From Rebecca billardiae RCC1528 (Eukaryota; Protista; Haptophyta): 64,000 nucleotides of DNA. The stretch covers positions 1,798,001 to 1,862,000 of the forward strand of contig OZ251233.1 of NCBI GenBank assembly GCA_965240325.2, given 5' to 3'. The position numbers and the translations under genes were made by a program. Below are positions 24,777 through 36,401 of the stretch, piece by piece; position 1 is the first letter of the stretch, and every line of letters starts with the position of its first letter. The notes under the pieces were generated by a model that was not told the DNA's origin, searched no databases, and was given only the letters and a program-made list of their open reading frames with translations.

Positions 24777-25009
24777 CGACGTGGTATGCAACGGGCAGGC
24801 GTCCGAAGAGTCAGCAAGCTGTAGCGGCAGATCGAGCAGCAGAGACAAACACCAGGATCAGCGCTCCTCGCCGTCGTCCCCCCCCCCTCGTAGTCGCCCA
24901 TCACTTCATCGCCGAGCGGAAGCTCGACGCACCGTCTGGCGTCGACGCGCGCGCGCCACCGCGGTGGTCGCGGTGCCACGCGTCGTCAGCCGTCGTCTCG
25001 AAGCAGTCG
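24773..25009 (+). mobile_element. (TA)n-embedded dispersed repeat, subfamily A
   Basis: Terminus TTAACGACGTGGTATGCAAC; homologous to 41370-41610; TA runs on both sides. Confidence 0.75.
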
Positions 25010-25021
25010 TATATATATATA

Positions 25022-25239
25022 TAGAATGGGTATGAGTAGATAACGGTACGTCGGTACCCTTGTTGTACCCACTAGCATACCCACTCTGGCTGTACCAGCA
25101 ACTCTAATCAAGCAGCTACTGTAAAGTACCCCTGCGCGATCTCCGTCCCATCAGGAGCAATAATCACTTGCTATTGGCGCCCTCAAATTTGCTCAAATGA
25201 AGGTAGTGGTTGATGAACACAGATGAGGTTTCCGAAGCT
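25022..25239. repeat. 218-bp direct repeat, copy 1
   Basis: Near-identical to 26492-26710. Confidence 0.95.
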
Positions 25240-25283
25240 TCGTGTCGACGATCGGGCACTGCCGCCAATCATATATATATATA

Positions 25284-26492
25284 TTCTGGTGAACACAGCT
25301 TTAAACAATTTTAATTCGTGAGAAAGCCCTGGGAGACCCAGCTCCGACCCCCTTTAATTGTGTGTCCAATACTGCTGAGGAAAGTAATACCGGAGTAGGA
25401 ATACGAACAATGGGGCCTCAAACGTTTTTTGATTAGGCACGCCTCGGGAATCGAGAACGCACTTGGTTAATTTTTGCGCCAATTAAGGCACGGCCTCGGG
25501 AATCGATAACGCATGTGGTTAATTTTTGCGCGCGCCGCATAGAGATGTCGTTGCGATTCCCACAAATCTGGCGGCGATCTTAGCGGTACCCCTGTTACCC
25601 AGTTCATACCGCCTATACAATACGGTGACGGTACGCAAAGCGCCTGCCGCTTTTGCCGACGACGCCGGGTCCCCGGTAGGGAGGGGCACGCGTGCAGATG
25701 CGGAGGCGGAGCGCGGCGGCGTGCGCGCAATTCGCCAACGTGCGTGCAGCCCTGGCCATTCTCATCCGCCGCCGGTACCGCGGCGAGGGCGACGCGGGCG
25801 GCGCGCGCATGTCGGACGCGCTGTCCACTGAACACGTCGCGCGCTGGGACGCGCGCGTCGCCGGGCTGCGCGCGCTGGAACTGCGCGATGAGCCGTTTGT
25901 GGACCTGGCGCGCCTCGCCGTGCACCCGCACGAGGCCACGCGCCCCGGCGCGCGCGCGTCCGCGGCCTCGCACCCAAACTGCGAGACGCCGGCAGCGCTC
26001 GACGCGTGCCTCGCGCAGCTGCGCGCGCGGCTGGCGAGCACGCTGAACGACGTGGACGAGGCGCGCAACGCGGAGCGCCGCGCGGGTCACGCCGCGCGTC
26101 GAGCCGCCCCGCGCGCGGCGCGCGACGGCTGCAGGAGTCTACGCCGTACAGTCGGTTGTGCCCTGCGCCGCTCGCTCCGCACCTGCAGACCGGTGGGCCA
26201 TCCGCGGTGCGTGCCGTTGCCGCGCCGTCGTGCCCTAGGGCCGTGCGCAGCGACGACTGCATCGACGCGCGCCTCGCCGTGCGCCTCGGTGGGCCTTGCA
26301 GAAGTGCCGCGCTGCCGCGCCGCTGGCTTAATCGCACGCGCGACTGCGGCGCGCCACCGGATGATACCGTTAGTCAGCGCTGAACGGCCAACTCGTCCCA
26401 TCGTCAGACCCTAACCAGCTTCTCCGTCGCGTCCTAGACGCGCTGTGTTCGACCAGCCCCACCGGGACAAGGCCGCTAGGCCCCCGCTGTTT
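25284..26492 (-). mobile_element. Short relative (copy R) of element L, inverted, with different internal sequence
   Basis: Shares head and tail blocks with 19281-24730. Has a ~50-bp subterminal tandem duplication at 25436-25533 and an internal ORF-like stretch from ~25692. Confidence 0.65.
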
Positions 26493-26710
26493 AGAATGGG
26501 TATGAGTAGATAACGGTTCGTCGGTACCCTTGTTTGTACCCACTAGCATACCCACTCTGGCTGTACCAGCAACTCTAATCAAGCAGCTACTGTAAAGTAC
26601 CCCTGCGCGATCTCCGTCCCATCAGGAGCAATAATCACTTGCTATTGGCGCCCTCAAATTTGCTCAAATGAAGGTAGTGGTTGATGAACACAGATGAGGT
26701 TTCCGAAGCT
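26492..26710. repeat. 218-bp direct repeat, copy 2
   Basis: Near-identical to 25022-25239. Confidence 0.95.
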
Positions 26711-26830
26711 CGTTGGCGATTATACCCTAATTAACAGACCTGAGGAACCACGGGCGCGCGGTAACCGAACGAATCCGTGAGCAAGTGAGCAAGGGCACCC
26801 CTTGGGCACCCACCTCTCGGGCAAAGGGCA

Positions 26831-29068
26831 ATGGGCCGAGCAGGCGGCACCGCGCTCTCAGCAGTCGAGATTAGCGCCGAGCTCGAGGCCAGTTTGAACG
26901 ATGCGCGCGCCGTGCCCAACCTCGCCGCCCGCCGCTTCGCCATGCCTCTCCTCTTCACGGCCATCCTCCCCCTGGGCGTGTACGCGGTCGACCTGATTGT
27001 CGTTGCGCACAAGCGTGGCGTGCCGCTGTGGATGGCGAATGCCGTGGACGACCGCCTGTACGCTCGCACGCAGGTCTACCGCTTCGTCACAGCGCTTCTG
27101 TTCCCGCTCGCCGCCACGCTCCTCCCGCCCTCCCACCACTTCCTCGTGCGCATCCGCCTGCTCCTCGGCTCGTGCGCCTTCACAACCGGAACGGTGTTCG
27201 TGTTCGTGCTGTGGCTAATGATCTCACGCACGTCGGCCGACAGCCCCTCGCTCACGATGCAGGCGGCCGTCATCACACACGGGGTTGGCGCGATGCTCTT
27301 TTCCGCCGCCCTGTACGCGAGCTGGCGCCGGCCACGCCTCCTGCTCGAGCGCTTCCACAGCGCGTACGGCGTGTGGTTCGGTCTCGTGTGCGCGCGCATA
27401 TGCGCCGAGATCGCGCTGTGCCTGGGCGCGCCGCAGCTCGCGACGTCGATGGGGCTCGATGTGGTCGCTGCGAGGCGCGCGTATGCACTCCGCCTAGCCA
27501 CGTGCGCCGCGTCCCTGCTCGTCTCGGCGGCGTGCGTGCTGCCGCCCGTGCGCAACCGATGGCTGGCGTGCGTGATGCACCGCACGGGCACAAGTGGCAC
27601 TCGCGCCGGGCTGGCGCCGCTGCTCGGCTTCGGGCTCGGGCTCGAGCTCGAGCCGCAGGAGCTCGTCGCCTGCACGCTCTCGCGTGTGCGCACGCACGTG
27701 CTGCACGACGTCGCCGCCACTGGCCTGTTCTCGCCGAGCGTCGAGCAGGCGAAGGCGGTTGCACGTGCGGCTGTGTCCGGAGGCGTCGGCCGCGGCGGCG
27801 CCCGCGACGGCACCGGCACCTGCGGCGGCACGGCCGGCCATGGTGGCGCGCATCCGTGTGCGCCCCCGCCTGTCGGTCGCGCGCGAGCAGCTGCCATGGC
27901 TGCCAACAACTCGCTCCCCACCCTGTCCTCCCTCTCATCTCTCGGCGGCCGTGTGCGGTCCGCCCTGCACCGCGGTCCGGCCCCGGGAGCGGCCTCACCA
28001 CCCAAGCACGCGCTGCCGCCGATGCCTGCCCGCCCGCCCGCCGCCGTGCCCGACACAACGCGCGCGGCCCCTGAGGCGCCGCACGCGCCCGACGCGCCCC
28101 AGGTGCCGCCCGCGGCACCATGCGCACCGACCCCTCCGCACGAACCCGACATCGACGCATCCGCCGTCGCCGCGCCGCCGATGCTCCGCCCATCGCGCGC
28201 GCTGCGTGAAGTGAGCACCCCGCGCATCGATGCGTACGTGCTGCACTGCGCGCGTGATCCGTCGCAGCCCCGGCGACTCGCGCTGCTCGCGTGGGCCGCG
28301 AGTTTCGAGGCCCGCCACGGTCGGTGGCCGGTGATCGTGCTCGACAGCGGCTGCCACGGGGCCGATCAAGACGATGCCTTCCACGCGCGCCCGGACGCAC
28401 TCATCGCCGCCGAGGCTGCCGTGTGCTCACAGCGCGGCGCCCGCGCGGACGCGCGGCAACACAGCGGCGCCGCCAGCTACCGCCTCGCACAGGTGCCCGT
28501 GCTACTCGGCTGCAGCGCACAGCTCGTCGTGCTCGCCGGCCCGCGGCTGCTGCGGCTCGACATGCACGTCCTGATGGTGCTGCACGTGTGGAGCGCGCTG
28601 GGCGGCGATCTCGACCACGTCCACTTCCTCCCGTCCGGCGTGAGCGCGCACAAGCTGCACCGGCTGGCGACGGCACTGGTCGGCGGCGTCGTCTCTGTGC
28701 TCCACGCGCCAACGCCGCCGTCCCACGCGGAGGAGCGTGCCATCCTCGAAGCGGCCGAGCTGACCGGGCAGCGCGACTTCGACGCGACGATCGCGGCCTA
28801 TGCGCCGCGCGTGCTCTCCGCGGCCGACAGGCTGGGCGCGCAAGGTGACGTCGATGACCAGAGCTCGGGCTCAGCACCCTCGCCGCGCTCGCCGCTGCAC
28901 GTGGCGTCACGCCTCACGGGGCTCTGGGCGGCGCGCCGTCTCGGCGGGCGCGGGCAGCGCGCGACGGTACACCCTGCGACGGTCACCGACACGGAGAGCG
29001 AGCCAGCTCTCACGGGCCGCATGCGCACGCGATGGCGCCCGGCGCGTGGGATGCACTGTACTGTTTGA
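26831..29068 (+). CDS. Multi-pass membrane protein with Pro-rich linker and degenerate TIR-like C-terminal domain
   Basis: About 7 hydrophobic segments at the N-terminus. C-terminal IDAYVLHC..D, WAASFEARHGRWPVIVLDSGC and VPVLLGCSAQLVVLAGP resemble an algal TM+TIR-like family recalled from memory. Confidence 0.7.
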   Translation: MGRAGGTALSAVEISAELEASLNDARAVPNLAARRFAMPLLFTAILPLGVYAVDLIVVAHKRGVPLWMANAVDDRLYARTQVYRFVTALLFPLAATLLPPSHHFLVRIRLLLGSCAFTTGTVFVFVLWLMISRTSADSPSLTMQAAVITHGVGAMLFSAALYASWRRPRLLLERFHSAYGVWFGLVCARICAEIALCLGAPQLATSMGLDVVAARRAYALRLATCAASLLVSAACVLPPVRNRWLACVMHRTGTSGTRAGLAPLLGFGLGLELEPQELVACTLSRVRTHVLHDVAATGLFSPSVEQAKAVARAAVSGGVGRGGARDGTGTCGGTAGHGGAHPCAPPPVGRARAAAMAANNSLPTLSSLSSLGGRVRSALHRGPAPGAASPPKHALPPMPARPPAAVPDTTRAAPEAPHAPDAPQVPPAAPCAPTPPHEPDIDASAVAAPPMLRPSRALREVSTPRIDAYVLHCARDPSQPRRLALLAWAASFEARHGRWPVIVLDSGCHGADQDDAFHARPDALIAAEAAVCSQRGARADARQHSGAASYRLAQVPVLLGCSAQLVVLAGPRLLRLDMHVLMVLHVWSALGGDLDHVHFLPSGVSAHKLHRLATALVGGVVSVLHAPTPPSHAEERAILEAAELTGQRDFDATIAAYAPRVLSAADRLGAQGDVDDQSSGSAPSPRSPLHVASRLTGLWAARRLGGRGQRATVHPATVTDTESEPALTGRMRTRWRPARGMHCTV

Positions 29069-29252
29069 GGGACGGTCAGTACTGTCACTGCTATGGCGCC
29101 GCGTTTCAGTTGGCGAGCGCAGGCGGCGCGGCGCCGCCGTCCGCACGCTAAGCTGGCCGTCAGGCTCGTGGCCTCAGGCGGCTTCGCAATAATCGCATGG
29201 CAATGTGATGTAAACAGCCGCGGTTATAAGTTATTATTAATCGACCCCGAGG

Positions 29253-29253
<1 letters not shown>

Positions 29254-29290
<37 letters not shown>

Positions 29291-29300
29291 TAAATATCAA

Positions 29301-29341
<41 letters not shown>

Positions 29342-29364
29342 ATCCCAGCATCGTCATTAGAGAG

Positions 29365-29425
<61 letters not shown>
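29254..29425. repeat. Compound microsatellite (TA)n/(TTA)n/(GA)n
   Basis: Seen directly. Confidence 0.98.
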
Positions 29426-29428
<3 letters not shown>

Positions 29429-29429
29429 A

Positions 29430-31470
29430 CACAGTGAACAAAAACGGGATTATCGTTACCGTAACCCGTCCGAGGCGTCCGACACGAGCCGATTTTCGGG
29501 GAAATTCTCGCGCGGGCCGCACGAGCGCACAGACGACGCTACGGTGGTCGCGCAGGCGCCTGGCGAGTGCCCCGGGCATGGGACTGCAACATCCCACCCA
29601 GCCTCCCCATCCCTCCGCCCCTCTCTGCCTCGCCGGGTTGCACGCGGCTGGCCGGTCACGTAGCTCGTGGTGAGCCATTCGTGAGCGTGGAGCCCTGCTG
29701 CTCAGTGCGGCGATGCAGCGAGGCGAAGCGGCGCGTAAGATGGCGCATCTTACTCCGAATGCAGTCTGCTGCCAGCACAGCCGCCCTCGCCGGAGTGCCT
29801 GGTCGTCACCTTCGTTGTGTGCACCTGTCGCGCGCTGCTGTGAACAAGCGAAGTCTCAGGCCTCCCTGGAGCCATTCAAACACGCTCGTCCTCGACGAGG
29901 CGTGCGCGAGGCACCGCGCGAGCGCGGGAGCGGCCCTTCCTAGCATACTCCTGCACGGCCATCCACCTCGCCACAGCCTGCCATGTCACACTCCTCCCCG
30001 CACGCAGTGCTCGCATGCCGCGTGCAAGTCGGTCGACTGACCTGGTAGGAGGGTGCACAGAAATATTCGACTGCGAGGAGACGGCAGCGAGCCCACGCGC
30101 GCGGCGCCGTCCCACGCTTCATTGTGCTGTTCTAGACCAGTCGCGCGCCCGCGGCACCGCGCCCGCCATCTCCGCGTCGCGTGCCAGTCCACGCCGCGCG
30201 CGTGGCTCTCGACGTGTGCGTCGAGGGCGTCGTGCGTCCGATTCGTACCCGCATGTATTCAACAAATACGACAAATCGCTGAGCTGAACGCACCTCGTCG
30301 CGCGATGGCATGGTCGCGCTGTGTGACGTCGCTCGCCGCAGGAAATTCGGTACGCGACGAGAGCACGGCGCACGCGCTCGGCGCGGCGTGGGAGGCGGGG
30401 CGGTGGTGTCCTCGAGCCATCCCGCCCGCGCCGCAGTGCGCCAGCCGCCACCTCGCCGCGCCGTGGCCCATGCCGCGCGGCAGGTGTCGACCAGATCGAC
30501 CTTGCCGCCCAAAAGAGGGCCGCACCGGAAATTCTGTATTTGTTGAATACAGACTTACCCACGTGCCCGCGATGCGGCGGCGCCTGTGGCGGCGGCGTGG
30601 CGCGGCGGCGGCGGCGCGGGCAGCCTGACGGGCCAGATAGGGCGCGCCAGGTCGGGGCGATCGTGATGGGATGGTTCCATACGCATCAGTGCGTGCTCCT
30701 GTGCATCTCAAGAGCGCGCTGGGCGCCCTCTCTCGCGCCTATGCCCATCCCACGCGGTCTGAGAAGCCTCTGTTTGGACACCGTTGGCTGCGCGCTCGGT
30801 CGTGGCTGCCCGGCGGGTCGGAGAGGTCGAGGCGAGCCGGGTCGTTCGCGACGGACGATGCCTATGGGTCATGGCGAGTGCCAGCACGCAGCTCGGGCGC
30901 GCGCCCGGCGCCTCCTCGCCGCGCTACATCCACACCAAGATCTGGCCCAAAAACAGGCTTCAAGAGCGAAAGTCAGTCTGGGAGCTGCTCAGGCCGCTGT
31001 GTGCGGTTTGGCGGCGTACAAACTTGTGGAGCGGGTGCCCACATGGGTTGAGCACAATGCTATAGAACGTTTTTCCGCGAAACACCACTTCCTCGCCTCT
31101 CCGCGCGCGTGCCGCGCGGCCCCCGTGAAGTCATCTTAACAGCTCACGTGTGGCCGCCCGTGGAGCGAGGGTGGGCGAGGAGGGGCGGGCGAGGGTGACG
31201 CCGCCCCGGGGAACCGCCTTGGTAAGCCGGCCGACGCCTCGCAGCCCCCCTCGCGGCAAAAATGCGCGCACGCCCGCCGCTCGGAGCGCGCCATCGATTC
31301 GAATGGGCGTGCGCACGAACGACCATGCTCAACGGGCTTCGGCCCGATCTTTCTCCACTGTGGCGGCGCGAAGTGCCGCGAACGGGGCATGAAAAAAATT
31401 CCAGCGCATCCCCACTGGGCGGAAGCGCGGACGGGTTACGGTAACGCCGAAAATCGATTTCTTTACTGTG
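29430..31470. mobile_element. Non-autonomous DNA transposon with CACAGT-starting TIRs, TA-flanked
   Basis: TA|CACAGT...CGTTACCGTAACCCGTCCG on the left and its inverse CGGACGGGTTACGGTAACG...ACTGTG|TA on the right; internal 15-bp inverted pair GTATTCAACAAATAC at 30256 and 30537. Confidence 0.75.
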
Positions 31471-31559
31471 TAACTATCTGCTGCTACAGGCTACAGCGTG
31501 CGGCTGACCCTTAGCCCGTTCCGCGCGCAGGCGCGGCGCCGACACGCCGCCCCCGGCGC

Positions 31560-31863
31560 CGTGCCGCGAGCGACAGCCGGGCTCACTCGTCACTGTTGCT
31601 CCGCCGGACTGCGTCGATCTTACCGGCGGCGCGGACTACTGACATTCTCATCCAAGTGCTCCGGAAGGCGCTCGGCCGCGGCGGCATCTGCCGTCGCCGC
31701 CGCGTGCCCCAGGCCGAGGCGGTGCTCCATCCCGGCCCTGCTCCCTCAGAGGGACAGGGCTGCGGGTGGCGCATTGCCTGACCTGGTTGGAAGGCGCGGA
31801 CGCATTCTATGTGTCTGCTGCACTCTGAGCCTGACGCTTGCCCGTTGCATACCACGTCGTTAA
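31560..31863 (-). mobile_element. Microsatellite-anchored dispersed repeat, subfamily B
   Basis: Reverse complement of the 40130 and 40634 copies; terminus abuts (CA)n. Inner boundary is approximate. Confidence 0.7.
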
Positions 31864-31864
31864 A

Positions 31865-31878
31865 TACACACACACACA

Positions 31879-31939
<61 letters not shown>

Positions 31940-32193
31940 ATTGATGGTGACTACGATGATCGATATAATCGCGTAACAGTGAGACTTCTTCTCTGCGTGT
32001 CGGCCGCCCGGGAGTCCGAACTACGAAATGAGGCCGCGCTCACCGCGTTAACGTACGACGTCGAGTTTGATCGGAGTTTGATTGATAGTAAATAGCTTGT
32101 TACACAGTAACAGCCGAGTTGATGCCTGACCTTGCGCGGTTACGAACGTAATACTGCGCTCACTCATTCCGTGCGATATATGTATATATATAT

Positions 32194-32260
<67 letters not shown>

Positions 32261-32378
32261 TACATACATACATACATACATACATACATACATACATACA
32301 TACACATATACATACATACATACATACATACATACATACATACATACATAGTAACATACATATATATATATATATATT
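31865..32378. repeat. (CA)n at 31865-31931 and compound (TA)/(CA)/(TACA)n at 32177-32378
   Basis: Seen directly. Confidence 0.95.
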
Positions 32379-33445
32379 ATCGACTACGGCAGTACGTGAC
32401 TCGTGTCTGCTGTAGTTTGAAACTCACGTCGGAACGTGACGCACAACACACTTTTACCTGATGATGTCCCCCCACCCAACTCCTCTACCGTATTGGCAAA
32501 TAGTGAAATACGACGACATTGTTTGCGCGCGCGATCTCTAATCTTTGTCGTATGTGGGAAACCGTTTGCTTTCATAGGCCGAAACGGGCCTCCTAATAGG
32601 CCACCGGCTCTCACTGAAATCTCTGGCGGATACCCACATTCATAACAGCGTCCGGTCCTAAATAGTGTCTTGTCTTGTCTTGGTAATCTCGTTTCACTTA
32701 TAACCGCGGGCACGCCACACACGCCGCCGGGCTGCGGAGCGTGCATGCGCCACAGTTTCCGCGACATTGCTGACGACGAGAGGTCAGTAGCGTCGCACCG
32801 CGCCGTGGGCAGCGACGCACGGCGCACGCGCCTAGTGGTGCCTCCGCAGGCGCTGTGGCGGTGGTCGCAATGGGAGGGCCTCAACCTTCACCCAGGGTTG
32901 CCCTCTACGAGCTGCGTCGCACTTCTCGGCGTTCTGACCATCCCCGAGTGGATGCTCGACGAACGCGACTCCATGTTAAGCGCGCTCGGGCGCGATGTCC
33001 TGTGACATCTCGCGATGCCTAGTGCATGCAATGATGAACTTATTCTGACACAACGGTACAACGCAGTTTACTAAACGAATAAAAGACTTAATTCGTTTCT
33101 GCTGGTGGTGCGGCCACGGATAAAAGACTTCGTTTCTGCTGGTGGTGCGGCCACGGACGATGGCGTGAGTGACGAACCAAATAACCAATTTGGGCAAAAT
33201 GCGTCGTCAATTCGCATCTTCGTCGTACGGCTCGTATCCATTCTATGGTACCGGCCAGCGGGTACGTATTATATGTCGTACACCTTGAACCTTAAAGGCT
33301 GACATAATTGACCCGCAATTAGTGACGACGACAATCGAGTACGGACCCCCACGACACCGTGCAAAGCTGATCGCCATCGCGGCGGCGCAGCTGGCGCTCG
33401 GCACCAACAGACAGCCGGCGCGCCTCGCCAGCGACTGCACGCGCA

Positions 33446-35049
33446 ATGGGGGTGGGGAGGCACGTGCGTTTTCGAAAGCGGGGAACACCATTCCCACATG
33501 CGATCGATGAGCTCGCAGAGGATGCCAAGACGGTGCTCAAGCCTGGCTCTCCGATCACGCAGATGATGTTTGTGTTCGCCTTTGCGTTCGCGCTGCCCAC
33601 CGTTGGCGTGATGACGCAATGGTTCTACGCGCCTGACTACTTCACGGCGCAGGACTACTCGTACGTGATCGGCTCGCACTGCGAGAACATCATCGGCCGC
33701 ACGACGACAGTGGGCCTGAGCGCTCAGACGCGCGCGTGCGTGAAGGTCTTCATCTCGGAGCGCTCGGAGGAGCAGCTCAGGGTACGTTTTTGGCGCACGC
33801 GGCGGTGCGCGGCGCGGCGGTGCGCGGCGGCCTTGACACGCGCACGCGCGTGTGCGCGCGGCGGTGGCGGCACAACCAGGACTTTGTTGACATATTTGCC
33901 GCGACAATGCTCTTCTTTGTGTACACGATCCACGCGGCGATTGGCTATCTCAACTCCTTCTACTTCAAGTCCATCGCCCGGGTGATCTTCTGCGTGTCCG
34001 TGCTGACGGAGACGGGGTTCATGTTCTCGATCTTGCAGGTGCGGACGCGGTTCGACTCCGAGTTTGAGAACGCCAGCCTCTCGCCTGACCTCAACCTGCT
34101 CGACCCCGCCGTGAATGACCCGTTCCGAGATCTGATCGACGCGACCATCGTCGAGTCGACGGTCGTGCGCGCGCTCACCGTGGTCGCACTGGCGGTGTTT
34201 GTGGTGCGCGGCGACACGTTCACGCCGCCCGAGCGCCTGCAGGCGCTCGAAGCGCGGTACACGCCGGCCGACGGCCTCCCCGACCGCCTCATCCGCCGGC
34301 TGTACGTGTTCTGCTTCACGGTGCTCTGCTGCATCATGGGCTTCACCGTGCTGCTGTTCTACGTGCCCCAGACGCTCACGGCAGAGGAGGCGAGCTACCT
34401 GGTGGGCGGGCACTGCTCGGGCGTGGAGGGCTTCCGCTCGGCGGCAGAGGTGTGCGCCTCGCCCACCGTCTCGAGCCCGGTCCACGGCAAGATCTCCTGC
34501 TCCCATCTGGAGGGCTGCATCCAGCTCGCGCTCACCGTCGCGACTGAGGGTCAGGTCGACGCCTTCTACACCGTGTACGTCACGATCGTCCTCTTCTATG
34601 CGCTCACGCTCGTCGAGGCGCTGGGCTTCTTCCGCGCGGAGGACGACGAGCGGCACGCGCGGTGGCACCAGAAGGCGCGCGTGCTCCTCGCCTTTGCCAT
34701 CTTCATCGAGATGGTCTTCCTCGTCACGAGCTACTTTGTGTCAACCCAGCTGCTCCAGACCGCGACCGACCTGGACAACAACCGGCCGCTCGCGCCAGTC
34801 ATGCAGTACTCGATCGGCGGCATCACCTCGTTCCGCCTCGTCGTGATCGTCGTCTACTTCTGCATGTACATCGCGGCTGACTGGGAGGCGCAACTGGATG
34901 GGACCATTGGCATGAACGGCTCGCCCCTGCCGTTGCCCGCGAGCGCGGGCGCAGCGGGCAAGCCAGCGCAGGGCAGGAAAGCTGGCCCGCCGGATCCGCC
35001 CACGGCAGGTAGCAAGGCTTCGCAGGGCGGCCGCAATGGCCGCGCGTGA
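33446..35049 (+). CDS. Uncharacterised multi-pass membrane protein with two-fold internal repeat; exons 33446-33781 and 33880-35049 (501 aa)
   Basis: A phase-0 GT-AG intron at 33782-33879 joins two ORFs; about 8 hydrophobic segments; strong GC3 codon bias. Confidence 0.8.
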
Positions 35050-35512
35050 TGATAATGACGACAACTACGCTGGCGCTCTCTTCGCGTCTTCGATGATCAG
35101 TACTAATAAAGTGTGAGTTTCAATTATATATATATATATAAACGCGTGTATTTTCATAACAATTATTTGTGGTGTATACAATTTTATAAAACAATGATGA
35201 AAGTATATATATATATACTTTATAATTATACTGTTATTATAACAGTTATAATTATAAATAATAATAATTTTAATAATATGGTCCTTCGGCGCGGACTTCT
35301 GCTAGCTATTAGCTAAGCGCGCCGGCCTGGCCTAGCCTGGTGGCGCGGGCTGGAGTAGCAGCCGTAGTAGCTTACGGCGCCAGACGAGTTTTCTATTCTG
35401 ACTCTAAGACTTCGTCAGACGGCCACTGATGCTGTTTATTGCTTCGGACGAGGCCGCGAGCTGGTGTAAGCGCCACCCGCGCCGCGACGCGCTGTCGCCA
35501 TCAGCATATTGG

Positions 35513-36274
35513 TCACCACGCGCGCGGCTGCATCGCCATCACCCAGTATGCGTGCTCACAATCGCCAGTCTGGCTGTCGATCCACATGATGCCTTCGCGC
35601 ATAAGGGCAGCGAGTGCGTCGTCTGCGCGCCCAGGGGTCCAGCTGAGCTGGTCGACGAGCTGTGCGCGTGTGACAAAAGCGGTGGGAAGCGCGACCTCCA
35701 GAACGGCGTTGTGGTCGCGGCTGAGTTCGGTTGGGACTGAGTGCACGTACTCTGCGCCACCAAGCTGCACGAGGTTGTACCCGCCTCCCAGCTGTCGCAG
35801 CTGCCCGAGAGCGCAACGCACGTCGTCGGCGCTCACTACCTGCGTGCTGCTCGAGTGCGGAGAGCCTCGCGCCGACGCTGCGCGGACGGCCTCGAGCCGT
35901 CGGTGAAGGTCGCTGAGGGCCATGAGCCCGCCATTGTCAGCACGCGTCCTCATGCACACGTCCGCAGCCTGGACGGCGAGCTCAAAGTAGAAGTCGCCGA
36001 CGCCAAGCAGCTGCGCCCAGAACCCCTTGCTGGACTGCAGCGGATCCACCCCGATTGTCGAGCACATGCTATTGAACTGCGCACGGAATTTGGGATCCCT
36101 GTTGATGTCCTCGCGATGCTGCGTCGCAAACAGCTCTATCTTTTCACGAAGTGTCTCGAGCTGCTCGCGGAGCTCAGCGGCATTCTGAGTGCTGAGGTCC
36201 TCGCCCGCGCGCCGGAGATGCGCATCCTTGCGCTGCTGCTTCTGTAGACCAGCGATGCCCACGCCCCGTCGCAT
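35513..36274 (-). CDS. SNF8: ESCRT-II subunit SNF8/Vps22/EAP30
   Basis: MRRGVGIAG, FRAQFNSMCSTIGVDPL, FWAQLLGVGDFYFELAVQ, SVPTELSRDH, EGIMWIDSQ. Confidence 0.95.
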   Translation of the reverse strand: MRRGVGIAGLQKQQRKDAHLRRAGEDLSTQNAAELREQLETLREKIELFATQHREDINRDPKFRAQFNSMCSTIGVDPLQSSKGFWAQLLGVGDFYFELAVQAADVCMRTRADNGGLMALSDLHRRLEAVRAASARGSPHSSSTQVVSADDVRCALGQLRQLGGGYNLVQLGGAEYVHSVPTELSRDHNAVLEVALPTAFVTRAQLVDQLSWTPGRADDALAALMREGIMWIDSQTGDCEHAYWVMAMQPRAW

Positions 36275-36401
36275 GCCCGGCGGGAGCGACGGGGATCACC
36301 ACTTTCGCAGTTTGCGCACGCAAGTCAGTGGCGGGCCCGGGCGGCCATCGTGGGAATGTAATCTCGCCTGCCCGAGCTGTGTGCGTCTCTTATTCTTTAT
36401 A

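Noticed and set aside
32384-32884. ORF with a CxxC motif in a lower-GC tract
   Set aside because: No family motif and no host-like codon bias; probably repeat-derived.
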